This document shows, piece after piece, positions 1-12,770 of a stretch of DNA of 64,000 nt. The notes beneath the pieces were generated by a model. It did not search any database. It was not told where the DNA came from and saw nothing but the letters and a program-made list of their open reading frames with translations. The stretch covers positions 1,054,001 through 1,118,000 of the forward strand of contig OX597831.1 of the NCBI GenBank assembly GCA_951406725.2, written 5' to 3'. The first letter of the stretch is position 1, and every line of letters starts with the position of its first letter. The position numbers and the translations under genes were made by a program. Source of the DNA: Octopus vulgaris. Lineage: Eukaryota.

Positions 1-330
1 TGTGGTTTTGATTCCCAGACCCGGCATTGTGAGTGTTTATTGAGCAAAAACACCTAAAGTTCCATGAGGCTCTGGCTGGGGATGGTGGCGAACCCTGCTG
101 TACTCTTTCACCACGACTTTCTCTCACTCTTTCTTCCTGTTTCTGTTGTACCTGTACTTCAAAGGGCCAGCCTTGCCACACTCTGTTTAACACTGAATCT
201 CCCCGAGAACTACATTAAGGGTACATGTGTCTGTGGAGTGCTCAGCCACTTGCACGTTAATTTCATGAGCAGGCTGTTCCGCTGATCGGATCAACTGGAA
301 CCCTCGTCGTTGCGTTTGACAGAGTGCCAC
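1..330 (+). mobile_element. tRNA-derived SINE (family A), 5' end cut by the window edge
   Basis: Near-colinear with the full copy at 1493-1877 from the B-box region to the tail (gagtgctcagccacttgcacgttaatttc). Confidence 0.85.
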
Positions 331-1492
331 GTATGTATGTATATATATATATATTTGCACATATGAGATACAAAGAGATATATGATTATTGTGGCTTATA
401 TGCCAAATGTTACAACATAGATACTAGAATATAGACACAATGGCATACACACATACACACACACACATCTTTTATGAATTAATATGCAACATGCTGTAAT
501 ACAGTTGCCAGAATATAGAAACACAGGTCAACGCACATGCACACACACACACACATGTATGTATTGACATATTCTTCAATAGTATTTTGAGGTCAAGATA
601 GATGTTGTTGTTGTTGTTGTGGTAGTGGCTGTGGTGTGTGGTAGTGGCTGTGGTGTGTGGTCGTTGTTGATGTCATCTGGTTTTAGAACTAGTTGCTTCT
701 GTCAGAAGTTGGTAACTGAAGCATTGAGATGAAGTAACTATATTGATTGCTCCCTGCTCGATATAGCAAACAGCAGCCCACGCCACCACCCACCAACCAA
801 CCAACCAACCAGTTTCCTCCCACTCTATGGAATCCACTTCTGTTCTGCTGTAAATGCCTGTATCTCTGTGAACTTCTGAAGGAACACTGAAGCTATATTA
901 ATGTCAACAGTCCTAGATAGAGGTGGTGGTAGTAGGAGTGGTAATTTTAGATGTTGTTACTGTTGCTGTCATGTAGCTTTGGGTCAACCCAAAGAACTGG
1001 TAGTCCTATCACCAAGAGTGTTCCAATTGTGACCATCCTGTCTTTTTAGGAGAATGTAAAACTACATTAGTTAATGTGTTCTTTCCCTAATTTAAGATAT
1101 GAGTACTAGTTGAAGGAGATTTGATTGTTATTTCTAGCAGGCTCGCAAACCAATGAGGTTCTCTCATTGGCTTGATCTATTTCAAAAAATATTTACATTT
1201 GATCTGTTATTTATTGCTGTCAGTTAGATACAACTGCACTGAATTATGGCAGATTAAGTGGACTACATTGAAACATTTGTAGTTTGATTTGAACCCAGAA
1301 GAGACTAATTAAAATGTATTGGCGAGTGAAGGCTTCTCTATGTCATCTGTAGCCTTATATGAGTTATGGTTTAGAATATGCATGTGTATCCATATACATA
1401 CTATCTCAAAATGTGGGCAGTAAACTTAATATGTCACTCAATTTCTTATATCACCATTGTGGTCCTGTTGCAAGCAATGCACACATATGCGT

Positions 1493-1877
1493 GGAGGCGC
1501 AATGGCCCAGTGGTTAGGGCAGCGGACTCGCGGTCATAGGATCGCGGTTTCGATTTCCAGACCGGGCGTTGTGAGTGTTTATTGAGCGAAAACACCTAAA
1601 GCTCCACGAGGCTCCGGCAGGGGATGGTGGTGATCCCTGCTGTACTCTTTCACCACAACTTTCTTTCACTCTTACTTCCTGTTTCTGTTGTACCTGTATT
1701 TCAAAGGGCCGGCCTTGTCACTCTCTGTGTCACGCTGAATATCCCTGAGAACTACGTTAAGGGTACACGTGTCTGTGGAGTGCTCAGCCACTTACACGTT
1801 AATTTCACGAGCAGGCTGTTCCGTTGATTCGGATCAACCGGAACCCTCGTCGTTGTAACCTACGGAGTGCTTCCATC
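1493..1877 (+). mobile_element. Full-length tRNA-Arg-like SINE (family A; resembles octopus OR-type SINEs) with 13-bp TSD
   Basis: Pol III A-box TGGCCCAGTGG and B-box-like GGTTTCGATTTCC, with a TCG anticodon-like triplet. Flanked by CACACATATGCGT (1480-1492) and CACACATATGCAT (1878-1890). Confidence 0.9.
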
Positions 1878-2330
1878 CACACATATGCATATTCCAAACC
1901 ATTGTCCACATAAGGCTACTGAACAGACAGAAACATCTTCACTCACCAATAGATATGTTTGTTGATGAAAATTTCCTCTCTTTCTCCCGGTTCTGGAGGC
2001 CCTGATAAAGGTCGCTAATATTAACCTTCCCCATCTGATTGAGTTGTTGCTGCCACCACCACATTTTCATGCTGATTTGAGTTAGACAAGATTTACTCAG
2101 GCAATTTTTCTATGGCTGGATACTCTTCTTGTAAGGTATTTTTATGTACCACTGGTCCTTACCTGTAGAACTATGGGATTTTTATTTACTGAAGAACATA
2201 AACAATGTCATCATTCTTATTCTCTTTGCTCGAATTGGTAGCATGTATTATGCTTTACAAATTGTTTTAGGTACCTATGCAGTTGTGAATGAACACAGAC
2301 ACTCTCTTCGTTCTTTCATTATTGGCCCAG

Positions 2331-2849
2331 CAGAAAATCAAGGATGTGATAACTGGAGGCAGAAAATCAAGGATGTGATAACTGAAGACAGAAAATCAAG
2401 GATGTGATAAATGGAGACAGAAAATCAAGGATGTGATAACTGGAGACAGAAAATCAAGGATGTGATAACTGGAGACAGAAAATCAAGGATGTGATAACTG
2501 GAGACAGAAAATCAAGGATGTGATAACTGGAGACAGAAAATCAAGGATGTGATAACTGGAGACAGAAAATCAAGGATGTGATAACTGGAGACAGAAAATC
2601 AAGGATGTGATAACTGGAGACAGAAAATCAAGGATGTGATAACTGAAGACAGAAAATCAAGGATGTGATAACTGGAGGCAGAAAATCAAGGATGTGATAA
2701 CTGAAGACAGAAAATCAAGGATGTGATAACTGGAGGCAGAAAATCAAGGATGTGATAACTAAAGACAGAAAATCAAGGATGTGATAACTGGAGACAGAAA
2801 ATCAAGGATGTGATAACTGGAGACAGAAAATCAAGGATGTGATAACTGG
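2331..2849. repeat. 29-bp minisatellite, about 18 copies (CAGAAAATCAAGGATGTGATAACTGGAGA)
   Basis: Units start at 2331, 2360 ... 2824 with an exact 29-bp period. Variation is confined to the last 7 nt of the unit. Confidence 0.97.
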
Positions 2850-2859
2850 GCTGGGACTC

Positions 2860-2995
2860 ATCTATAGCTGAGTAGACTGATGTGTGACATGAAATGAAGT
2901 ATGTTGTTCAAGGATATAACATGCTACCTGGTCCAGGAATCAAATACCTGACTTTATGATTGTGAACCCAACATGCTAACCACCAGGCCATGGGA
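2860..2995 (-). mobile_element. Degenerate tRNA-headed SINE (family B head)
   Basis: The reverse complement reads tggcctggtggttagcatgttgggttcac...cttgaacaacatacttcatttca...tctactcagct. Similar heads occur at about 15075-15210 and 46070-46204. Confidence 0.6.
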
Positions 2996-3089
2996 TTTCG
3001 CTTAAAACATGTATGATGTATCACTACTACACCATATAAAATAGTAAGACTAATATTGGGCAATATATTATGAACTTCATACAGTTAAT

Positions 3090-3387
3090 CAGATATGACT
3101 GATATACTACACCAATGCTATATAGTACACTTAGTGGATATATAATATCTGAGAAGATATTTCTAATATCTTCACACATGTAGCAGAAAATGATTGGATA
3201 TCATTTATGTTATACCAGATACTATATAGAGAACAGATTGTATATCACCAACATATAACACATCACAGAAAATGAGCAGATAGTTCTAAAATCATTTCAG
3301 ATATTACAGAAAATAACTGGATATCACCAATATTACATGATAAAATCCCATGAATGATTATATATTATCAATAATACATGATGTGTG

Positions 3388-3431
<44 letters not shown>

Positions 3432-3670
3432 TATACCACTGTGATGAACTGATAACACTAAAATTACATGATATATCACTCAGAATAAATGGCTATTACT
3501 GACATAGTGTTGTATACCATAATGAACAACAGGACATTGCTGACATGACAAGATATATTACAGAGACTAAATAGTTATTAATGAAATAATATTACATATT
3601 ACAATAAGTGAATGGATATCAATGCTGTTACAACATGAATAATAAGGAATAATTGAATGGCACAAACATG
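3090..3670. repeat. Highly degenerate minisatellite, period about 41 bp, interrupted by (TA)n
   Basis: A GGATATC-like motif recurs at about 3156, 3196, 3239, 3278, 3319, 3360, then 3450, 3491, 3532, 3573, 3614. Confidence 0.65.
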
Positions 3671-4503
3671 TCATTTTTATTTTTATGAATTAATTACGTG
3701 TGAGATTGAATGCTTTAAGGCCTCCAAAACTATGGCCTAGAGACTTAGTCTAAATACTTACAAGAAAATGGACTTCACTAAAGTCACCCAAGATGCCAGA
3801 TGTTGGTTTTACACCAAATAACAGAATTGGTTTACTACCGAAATGTTCTATACATCATACTAAATGACTGGATTATCATTAAACAGACATCACAGGTAGC
3901 ATGGGAGAATTTTCTGATAACACAACGCAGCATTCTTAGCTGTATGTAAGATTTGAGAGATCGATGTACTTGCTGAAGGAAGCACTTACAAATCTACCAC
4001 GCTTAGAAAAGCAGCCTTTAATAAAAACAAAATTTTTATGCTGATTGGTGCAGTGCACAATGCATTGTTGGTGCACTGCAATTAATGAGAGCTGTGAAGC
4101 ATGCACAATAGCAAGGTGCATACAATGTGTTATTGAAGTTAAATAAATCAAAGTCTCACAGTCACCCCCCTCTCCTTTTCACACTCCCACCTTCACTCCT
4201 CCTCCTTCAATTGTTTCATTGTTGGCAGTATATCAATATTTCAGGGAAACAATTCTAACTCTTTCACACACACACACACACGTGTATGCATATAAGAATT
4301 TTCTAATAAAGCAACACAGTATCACAATATGTATATGTGTGTGTGTATCTGTGAGTGCAGGCATGCATGCGTATGTTGAAGAGACATAGAATTTCTTCAT
4401 TTCAAACTGTTCAGTGTTGCTACTCTGAGGCTTTGCTTTTTTGTACTAATTCACATGACAAATGAAATTAGCGCATGCACACGCACACACATACACATGC
4501 ATG

Positions 4504-4544
<41 letters not shown>

Positions 4545-5818
4545 AAACACACACACACGCACACACATAAGCACACACGCGCACGTACACCCCTTAGCAC
4601 TTATCAAGATTTGTCACCTGGATCAGTGGAAAGGAAAGGCCAGCACCACTGAAACAAACGTGTGCAAGGGTTGTAAGGAAAGTCTGCAAATTTAAAATCA
4701 AGGTTGGTGGTGATGATGATGGTTGTGGTGGTGGTGGTGGTACAAGCTTGATGAATGACGACTAACAACTTGTCAAGTTCTGCCCTTGAAGGCAGCTATT
4801 GCTTTCGGTCCTGGCAGTATCCATCCATCCTCCTCACAGCAGGGTGAAACCTAGAGTGTTGTGGCTTTATTTAGTTGCTGAAGGCCCAGCACCTCTCATG
4901 ATACAGGTAGAACTGGTTTATATGACTAACAGTAGTAGAAAAATTTTGATTTGGTGTGTGTGTGTGTGTGTGAGACTGCATGCGCATGTTGATTCTAGGT
5001 ATCTTCAAAAATACCAATTTGAGCAAAGAAAATAAAAATGATGACATAGTTTATGTTCTCCAGTAAATAAAAAGATCATAGTTCTGCAGGTAAGGACTAT
5101 GAGATCACAACATCTTACAGCAGAAACGGTTGTAAGCTAATGAAGTTCATAAGATAAACATTTATTCCTTTTTCATCTCAATTTCTTACACACACACACA
5201 CACGCACACACACACAAACACGCACACACGCATGCTCACACACACACATATATCTGGTTAATGAGAGATGGAAAATGGAAGATATGAGAGGTTTTATTAA
5301 TCACTACCGTTCATTTTATCCTCTAATATCTAATATATACATATGTATGTGTGTGTGTGTGTGTAGTGTATGTGTGTAGTGTATAGTGTGTGCATATATA
5401 TATACATACACACACACACACACACACACACATTATTTACAGAGTTACTTATTTGATATTACCTGTATCAGAATCCACAGTAACTGATATTTTAATGTAA
5501 TTATTTCCAAACAATTTTGGGTAACATTCATATCTTATTTGAAAATATAGGTAGGATTTAGAATGATCGAATGAGAAATGAAAAAAAAAAAGAAAAAGTA
5601 AAAAGAAAATTCCATCATAAGAAAACATTAATACAAATACGAAAGAAAGAGTTTAAAAAACCCCCCAGTTATTTGTCAAAATGAGAAAGATGAACTGAAA
5701 AATTAAGTGACCTTTGATTCAACAGCTTCACATACAGATGTATAAACACAAACATGTGTGCAAAAGAAAAAATAATACGTATAAATACAATGCATACATA
5801 CTCACACGCGTGTATATA

Positions 5819-6116
5819 TAGGGGTTGGACAAAATAATGGAAACACCTAGCATTATAGCATCATAATTTTGTAAAATCGATAAAAATCTTGTTTATTCTT
5901 ATGTTTTTTTATTTATTATTAGTGTTGCTTAACATGTTTTGCTAAAATTGCTGTTTCTTTTCAGATATCATCAGAAAAAGGTAATTAAAATTCATTAAAA
6001 TGACGGATCTATCGGACTTTCCAAAAGGTCAAATTGTTGGTGCTTGTATGGCAGGCGCTAGCATAACAAAAACAGCTGAAATGTTTGGTGTATCAAGAAG
6101 TACTGTCTCAAAAGTA
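5819..6116 (+). mobile_element. Tc1/mariner left end with transposase N-terminus (truncated)
   Basis: TIR-like TAGGGGTTGGACAAAATAATGGAAACAC follows a TA run. The ATG at 6000 gives MTDLSDFPKGQIVGACMAGASITKTAEMFGVSRSTVSKV, a typical Tc1 HTH start. Confidence 0.85.
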
Positions 6117-6605
6117 CTTTTTGATACGACTCTCTACTCTATACTGTTTCCTTCCTCTTTCCCTCTCTAATTCCCTTCTATCTGTCTGTCTCCCTCTCTT
6201 CTCCTCTTTCTCTTTTTTCTCTCTCTTCCTCTCTTGTTGTTCACACGCAACCATCGTCCATCTTTCTTTTCCTGCACAGATGTGTTTTTTTTCTCTCTCG
6301 CTTCTATCTTTTCTTTTTTCAAAAAACAAGTTTCTCCCAGCATTCACTATTTTCTCCCATTCTGCTCTAACGACCCTCCATGTTTGTTTACATTCAGTTT
6401 CCTTGTATGTCTCCACTGTCCTGTTTTTGCTCCCATCTTTGACCCTCCATAGATCCTAAATTTTATTTTAGAAGTTATGGGAGCAACTGTCTTTGAAGAC
6501 TCATATTGTCACTAAATGCTTGAAATGAGGAGTAGATAGACTGCCAACAACTGATGAAGAGTCCTTTCTCTCTGTTTACTTTTCCTGTTTTCTATTTTTT
6601 TCTCA
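6117..6605 (+). mobile_element. Probable Penelope-like element remnant (pyrimidine-rich)
   Basis: A CT-rich tract abruptly replaces the Tc1 ORF and ends in ggagtagatagactgccaacaactgatgaagag, which resembles PLE terminal repeats (recalled, not searched). Confidence 0.35.
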
Positions 6606-6653
<48 letters not shown>

Positions 6654-7151
6654 CATACATATACATATATATATATATATATATTTATATATACATACAT
6701 ACACATACATATACATATATATACACGCACATATACATACACACACACACACATATATTTATATATGCGTGTGTAAATGTATAAATCAATTATTTATATT
6801 CAAACTAGAATTCCCATGAAAGCATGTGTTTCCACCATACCTGAAATTACAAATACTTTCACATCAACATACACTCGTGTTCATTCATACATATATACAC
6901 AGATAAATACATATTTATACATATAAATACATGTACATATACATGCATACACACATGCAATTATCATCATCATCAAATAATGTCCCTTTCTCTATGCTGG
7001 CATGGGCTGGACAGGTTGTCAAGAACAGCTGAGCCAGAAGGTTGTACTATGTTCTATGTCTGCTTTGGCAAGGTTTCTACAGCAGGATGCTCTTCATATA
7101 TGTGTGTGTGTGTGTGTGTGTGCGTGAGTGTGTGTGTGTGTGTGTGTGCAT

Positions 7152-7198
<47 letters not shown>

Positions 7199-8468
7199 AC
7201 CAGAGATACCTAGTGTTGCTTGGGATTTAAATGGCTTGGTCTGTATTTATATGGTACAGTTATGTTGAAACATGTGTTACAGGGAAGTGCAGCATTGACG
7301 ACAAAACATTTGTAGAGCAAATGAAGGGCTAATTCAATTAAGTGACATACCATGCATCTATTTAGAAGATTCCAGGCCCTAACCTTGTCATGGAAAAGTG
7401 GGTTAGGGTGTATGTGATTTTTGAATGCATCAAAAAGCTCTCAGTGGATATATTCTCCTTTGTGGCTGTTACTGCTGCTGCTGCCACACTGAACAATCAC
7501 CAGACATAGAAACTGCAGCTATGTGATAAATTAAGCCTGTGGGCAGGCTCAATATCACCACATGCGATAAATCTACATGAAAGAAATGACGTGGTAATGG
7601 GGTGGGGATTGGCAAGGAAGCACTTGAAAACAACACTGTCATGCGATATTTCAGTTTGTAATCAATAGTCGTGGATATGCAAGGTCACATTAAGGACACA
7701 ATCTCTAACAAATGTGGTTGGGTCACATGACATTGGGTTGCTGACGTGGTTGGAAATCAATAGTTGTGGCTCAAATGGGCACTCCTTCGCATAAACACTG
7801 TGCGACCAGTGTGAAAACAACTCAGCGTCCAAATGAAAATAATTCTGGATGCATGGTCACATTAAGGACACAGTCTCTAATTAATGTGGTTGGGTCTTAG
7901 ACACATTAATTTATAGGTTAATGTACATGCAATATTTCAGTTTCTAATCAATAGCTGAAGACTATTTGTATGGGCTTCGTCTATGCTTAGAAGGAAGACT
8001 TTAATACTGAAACTAAGAGAAAATAGTTGAATAGTTCCTCAGGATTTAACATATTTTAGTATATTTTTCATAATAAACATAGTGCATCCCAAACAGTTTT
8101 TATTCCAGTGAATTGTTACTTATGGTATTACATGAACAGGTTATTATTGCTACCACTTAGACAACGCAGTTTGAAGTCTACATTGGTTCATCCATTTAAT
8201 ACAACCAACTTATATAATTTCAGTAGCCGTTTTTTCCAGTTTGAACAGAAGCAATGTATGGATCATGTGGGCAGTCAGTCATAGGAAAGGGTTTTTTCTG
8301 CCCCCAAGAGCCCTATTACTCATCATGTGAAAAATTTTAAGAGTCTATAACCATCTCTGGAACATAAGTAATGTATGTTCCCAGTTTGGAGAAAATCAGT
8401 TATGAACTTTAGAAGTTCTGCATACACACACGCACATGCACACACGCACATACACATTCTCAGCTTTA

Positions 8469-8865
8469 CTCTCTCTTTTACTTGTTTCAGTCATTTGACT
8501 GCGGCCATGTTGGAGCACCACCTTTAGTCGAGCAAATCGACCCCGGGACTTATTCTTTGTAAGCCCAGTATTTATTCTATCGGTCTCTTTTTGCCAAACC
8601 GCTAAGTGACAGGGGCGTAAACACACCAGCATCGGTTGTCAAGCAATGCAAGGGGGACAAACACAGACACACAAACACACACACACATACATATATATAT
8701 ACATATATACGACAGGCTTCTTTCAGTTTCTGTCTACCAAATCCACTCACAAGGCATTGGTCGGCCTGGGGCTATAGCAGAAGACACAGATGCCACGCAG
8801 TGGGACTGAACCCGGAACCATGTGGTTGGTTAGCAAGCTACTTACCACACAACCACTCCTGCGCC
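8469..8865 (-). mobile_element. Full-length tRNA-derived SINE (family C)
   Basis: Head ggcgcaggagtggttgtgtggtaag...gggttcagtcccactgcg, internal (TA)/(TG) microsatellite, tail gactgaaacaagtaaaagag. Near-identical to 40533-40940. Confidence 0.9.
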
Positions 8866-9509
8866 TATATATATAAAAGATGATGATGATGATGATGATA
8901 ATATATAGAGAGGTAGAGAAATTAACTTAAGTACATCATCAAGAGTAATGTCACTTGAACCAATGATGCAAACAAGTTATGCGATCATTGATATTGTTTA
9001 CCTAGGAAAGGGGTTTTCTGCAAACCTTTACGGTTTGCAGCCGTTTACTCAACATGCAGGAACTGAGCACTTATTTTGTATATCTGAAACTACCTTTGAT
9101 GAGATTCAACTTTCAAATATTTTTTTCATTTTATTAATTAATTTTCTGAAGCTCTTGAATTGAAACAGCTGTAAGGGATGTTTGTCAATCTTTTAATTAA
9201 TGAATAATAATTTATTAATTACCACTCTATAATAAATAAATATATATAAACCACGGTTTATATAGTCACCTTGCAGTTGAGTATTAACTGAAATATTCAA
9301 CATACTTTGGGATTGATTTGTCAAATGACTGAAACAAGTAAAAGAATAAAAATATATACACACACACACACACATGCTAATACTGAACAGAGAGAATCAG
9401 TATTCTCATCCAAGATGGAGACAAGTACCAACACCCCATGAGGTAGGCAAGACAACTGGTGACAATTGTTAGCATGAAACCAATGGTAGCCTTGTTAACT
9501 AAAAATTAA

Positions 9510-9553
<44 letters not shown>

Positions 9554-9782
9554 GATCTTAAAACTGTTAAAACTTAAGTAAGCTTATAAATTGGTAGGGT
9601 TTCTAATTGTACATCTAAATATTTCATCACTAATTAAACAGCTCTTGTCTAAAGGGTACTTATTAATGAAATTGCTATTTGCATTACTTCTTTAATTATA
9701 ACTGGCCACAACCTTATGATCCCTATAGATGGGTATTATTAATTAATGATGTAGTATATAAAATGTACAGGTATCATATATA

Positions 9783-10124
9783 TCATCATCATCGTTTAGC
9801 GTCCGTTTTCCATGCTAGTATGGGTTGGACGGTTCTACTGGGGTCTGTGAAGCCAGAAGGCTTCATCAGGCCCAGTCAAATCTGGCAGTGTTTCTACGGC
9901 TGGATGCCCTTCCTAATGCCAACCACTCCGTGAGTGTAGTGGGTGCTTTTACATGCCACCCGCACAGGTGCCAGACAGAGCTGGCAAACGGCCACGAACG
10001 GATGGTGCTTTTTATGTGCCACCGGCACAAGGGCCAGGCGAGGCTGGCAACGGACACGAAACGGGGCGGTGCTGGCAACGGTCGCGAAACGGAAGGTTCT
10101 CTGACATGCCACCGGCACTGGTAA
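9783..10124 (-). mobile_element. RTE-LINE-related 3' tail element (family R) ending in (GAT)n
   Basis: Reads ggagtggttggcattaggaagggcatccagccgtagaaac...gacgctaaacgatgatgat. Paralogs lie at 35793, 43440, 45030 and 60487. Confidence 0.8.
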
Positions 10125-11249
10125 CATATATATATATAAAACACATATATATGTATGTATATATATAAATTTACACAAAGATATTTAAAATCCAAAAATA
10201 GCAAGCAAGGGAGACCGTTCCAACAATATCAACTAATCAAAATTTTTGATAAAAAAAGATAATGCAGTTTAGTTCCTCTGAGATAAATTGATTACTTTTT
10301 TCTTCATTTGGGAAGCAGAAGTAAGTTACTCTTCTTGTTTTCCTCTCCAGTATTAGAGTCTCAAGTATGAAAGCTGTTTTTTTTTTTTTTTTTGTGACAT
10401 ATCTGGACCAGAATGTGATTTTCAGGCTAACTGATATATTTTTAACATTTCCTTGTTGCTGGTGATACAAACAAGGAATCTTTGTTGTGGTATTCTCCAT
10501 TAGAATAAAAGCTGAATTGTACATGCATTTCAACATTATTAGTCTCGTTAGTGCAATTTCAAAGTTTAGAATTTATATTAGAGTTATATTTATATAGTTA
10601 TAGAAATCAGAAAAACTGAAAGTTCAGTTACAAATAAAAGCGTTGTTTGTTTGGTTGTATTCATAGAGTTGTGATAGAAATAGAGATCAGATCAGTTTTA
10701 GAGGTGAACAAAAATATTTGTTTTTTGATCGTCTGTTGGCCAAAAGGCATGGTATTACATCAATGTATTGGTAGGTTTCTATTACAGCAATCATCTCACC
10801 TTTTCAAGTTTAGCCTTGCGGAGAACTTATTGGTTCTGTGTTTACATACAAGCTACCTTTGCACGAGATGACCTTATTTCATATTGAAGCTAAAAGCCTT
10901 TTGTTCTAACATCCAAGTCCATTATTTACTTCTTTTATTTTCACTGAATGGAGCTAATTTTTTCAAACTATTTATTTTCTTTGCAAACCTTAAGAGATAA
11001 AATTTGAACAACAAACAAATAATGATTAATCTATCTTGTATTTAATTAATAGTAATATTAAATAGAAGTTTATCGATATATTGATGAAACTCCATGCCTT
11101 TTGGGTAAAAGAAAAACAAAAAAAATAAGTGCACTTCAATTTAATATTATTATTAAATAATTACAAAATAGATTAACTATTATTTGTTTAGTATTCAAAT
11201 TTTATTTCTCAAGTTTTATCAAGAAAATAAACAGTTTGATAAGTTTCAG

Positions 11250-11382
11250 AGAAATCTTTGGTTACACTGCATAAACATTTTGGGAGGCAGTTATACAATT
11301 TCAGGCTTCTGAACATCAAATTGTTGCTGTAGAGGTTCCTGATGCAAGGATGCAAGAGTTTGAAGAAAGGATTTGACAGCAC
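11250..11382 (-). mobile_element. Possible decayed CR1-type LINE C-terminal fragment
   Basis: Translation IRNLYSNNLMFRSLKLYNCLPKCLCSV resembles the F.RG.QL(F/W)N.LP motif at CR1/L2 ORF2 ends. Confidence 0.4.
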
Positions 11383-11444
11383 TCTCTCTCTCTCTCTTTT
11401 TTTTTTTTTTGGTCTTGTATACCAAAGTTCAAAACAACATATAC

Positions 11445-11513
<69 letters not shown>

Positions 11514-11644
11514 TGCATTCTGAAGTTTTGAGACATTGTTGGTGTCGATTTTTAGCTCAAGATCAACCCCTAAACAAGCAGACCAATGATCAACAGTATT
11601 CCAGCCATGACTATCATGACTCTGAAGTAATGTTACTCAAGAGA

Positions 11645-11955
11645 ATGTATAGCTTGGAGATCAAGAAGTCTCCTACTTCTTCACACTGAGAGATCACAGC
11701 TCCACTACAATGGGCATGTGATTAGAATGCTACAGGAAAGACAGATTCTTCAAGCTAAGTGAATTGGTAGAATACATAGGGGTAGACCAAGAACAAGATT
11801 GTTGGATAACATCCATAGTCTCAGTTGGTCAAACACTTGGAAATCCAGCTGGAAAGGTTAATGATGGCTGCTTCTGATAGGACCCTATAGAAGAGATGCT
11901 GAGGACTCTAAACCCACAACCTTCCCAGGAATAGAGGGCAGAAGAGATGGATGGA
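11645..11955 (+). mobile_element. Decayed RTE (Rex3/Expander-like) LINE 3' end
   Basis: Broken frame ERSQLHYNGHVIRMLQERQILQAK*IGRIHRGRPRTRLLDNIHSLSWS followed by a GATGGATGGA tail. Confidence 0.8.
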
Positions 11956-12161
11956 TTATGATACACACAGGCACACATGTGTGTGCGCACACACACACAC
12001 ATACAGAGGCATAAATACTTTTATCCACATATGCAAGTGAATTCACAAATGTACACAGTATATTTATCAATAAGATGTAGTCATACATGTTTAAGACATC
12101 CAGAATAGTAGACAAAGAGGGGAAGAAAATAGAGGAGATACAGACAGAACTCAAGAGAGAG

Positions 12162-12214
<53 letters not shown>

Positions 12215-12261
12215 CAGAATAAAATTAATAATAAATATTTGAAGAACTAGTAAACAAAACT

Positions 12262-12770
12262 ATCATCATTATCATCATCATCATCATGGCATTGGTGGGA
12301 TGGTTTTGGCCAAAGCTGCCAAACAGCAGCTGAACCAGCCTCCAGTCTGATTTAGAATGGTTTCTATGGCTGGATGCTTTTCCTAACACCAACCACTTTA
12401 CAGAGTGTGTTGGGTGCTTTTATGTGGCATAGCACAAGTACTTTTATGGGGCACCACACAAGTACTTTTACATGGCACCATATGGGTGCTTTTACATGAC
12501 ATCACATGGGCACTTTTGCATGGCACAACACAGGCACTTTTACATGGAACCATCATGAGTGCTTTATACCACCAAAAGGACCAGTCTTAACACTTCTGCT
12601 GTGGAGTACAGGTCTTCTTGGGTACAGCAAGGTACCAGGCATCTATGTGCTTTGTCATCTTGCCTGGAAGGTTCAATGACTTGAGGTCATTCTTCACTAC
12701 TTCAACCCATGTCTTCCTGGGTCTACCATTTTCACATGTTCCGTCTACTTTGAGAGATCAGCACTTCTTA
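12262..12770 (-). mobile_element. RTE LINE 3' end: ORF2 C-terminus, 24-bp repeats and family R tail
   Basis: The minus strand encodes SLKVDGTCENGRPRKTWVEVVKNDLKSLNLPGKMTKHIDAWYLAV. About six 24-bp repeats (12412-12570) and the gcatccagcc...(GAT)n tail follow. Confidence 0.8.

Noticed and set aside
1493-1570. tRNA-Arg gene
   Set aside because: No proper acceptor stem, and it continues into a SINE body bounded by a TSD.
2331-2849. CRISPR-like array of 29-bp repeats
   Set aside because: The units are contiguous with no unique spacers, there are no cas genes, and the context is eukaryotic.
4990-5095. Coding exon ending at the strong donor CAG|GTAAGG
   Set aside because: All three frames from the upstream acceptor contain stops. 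At most a non-coding or very short exon, and unsupported.
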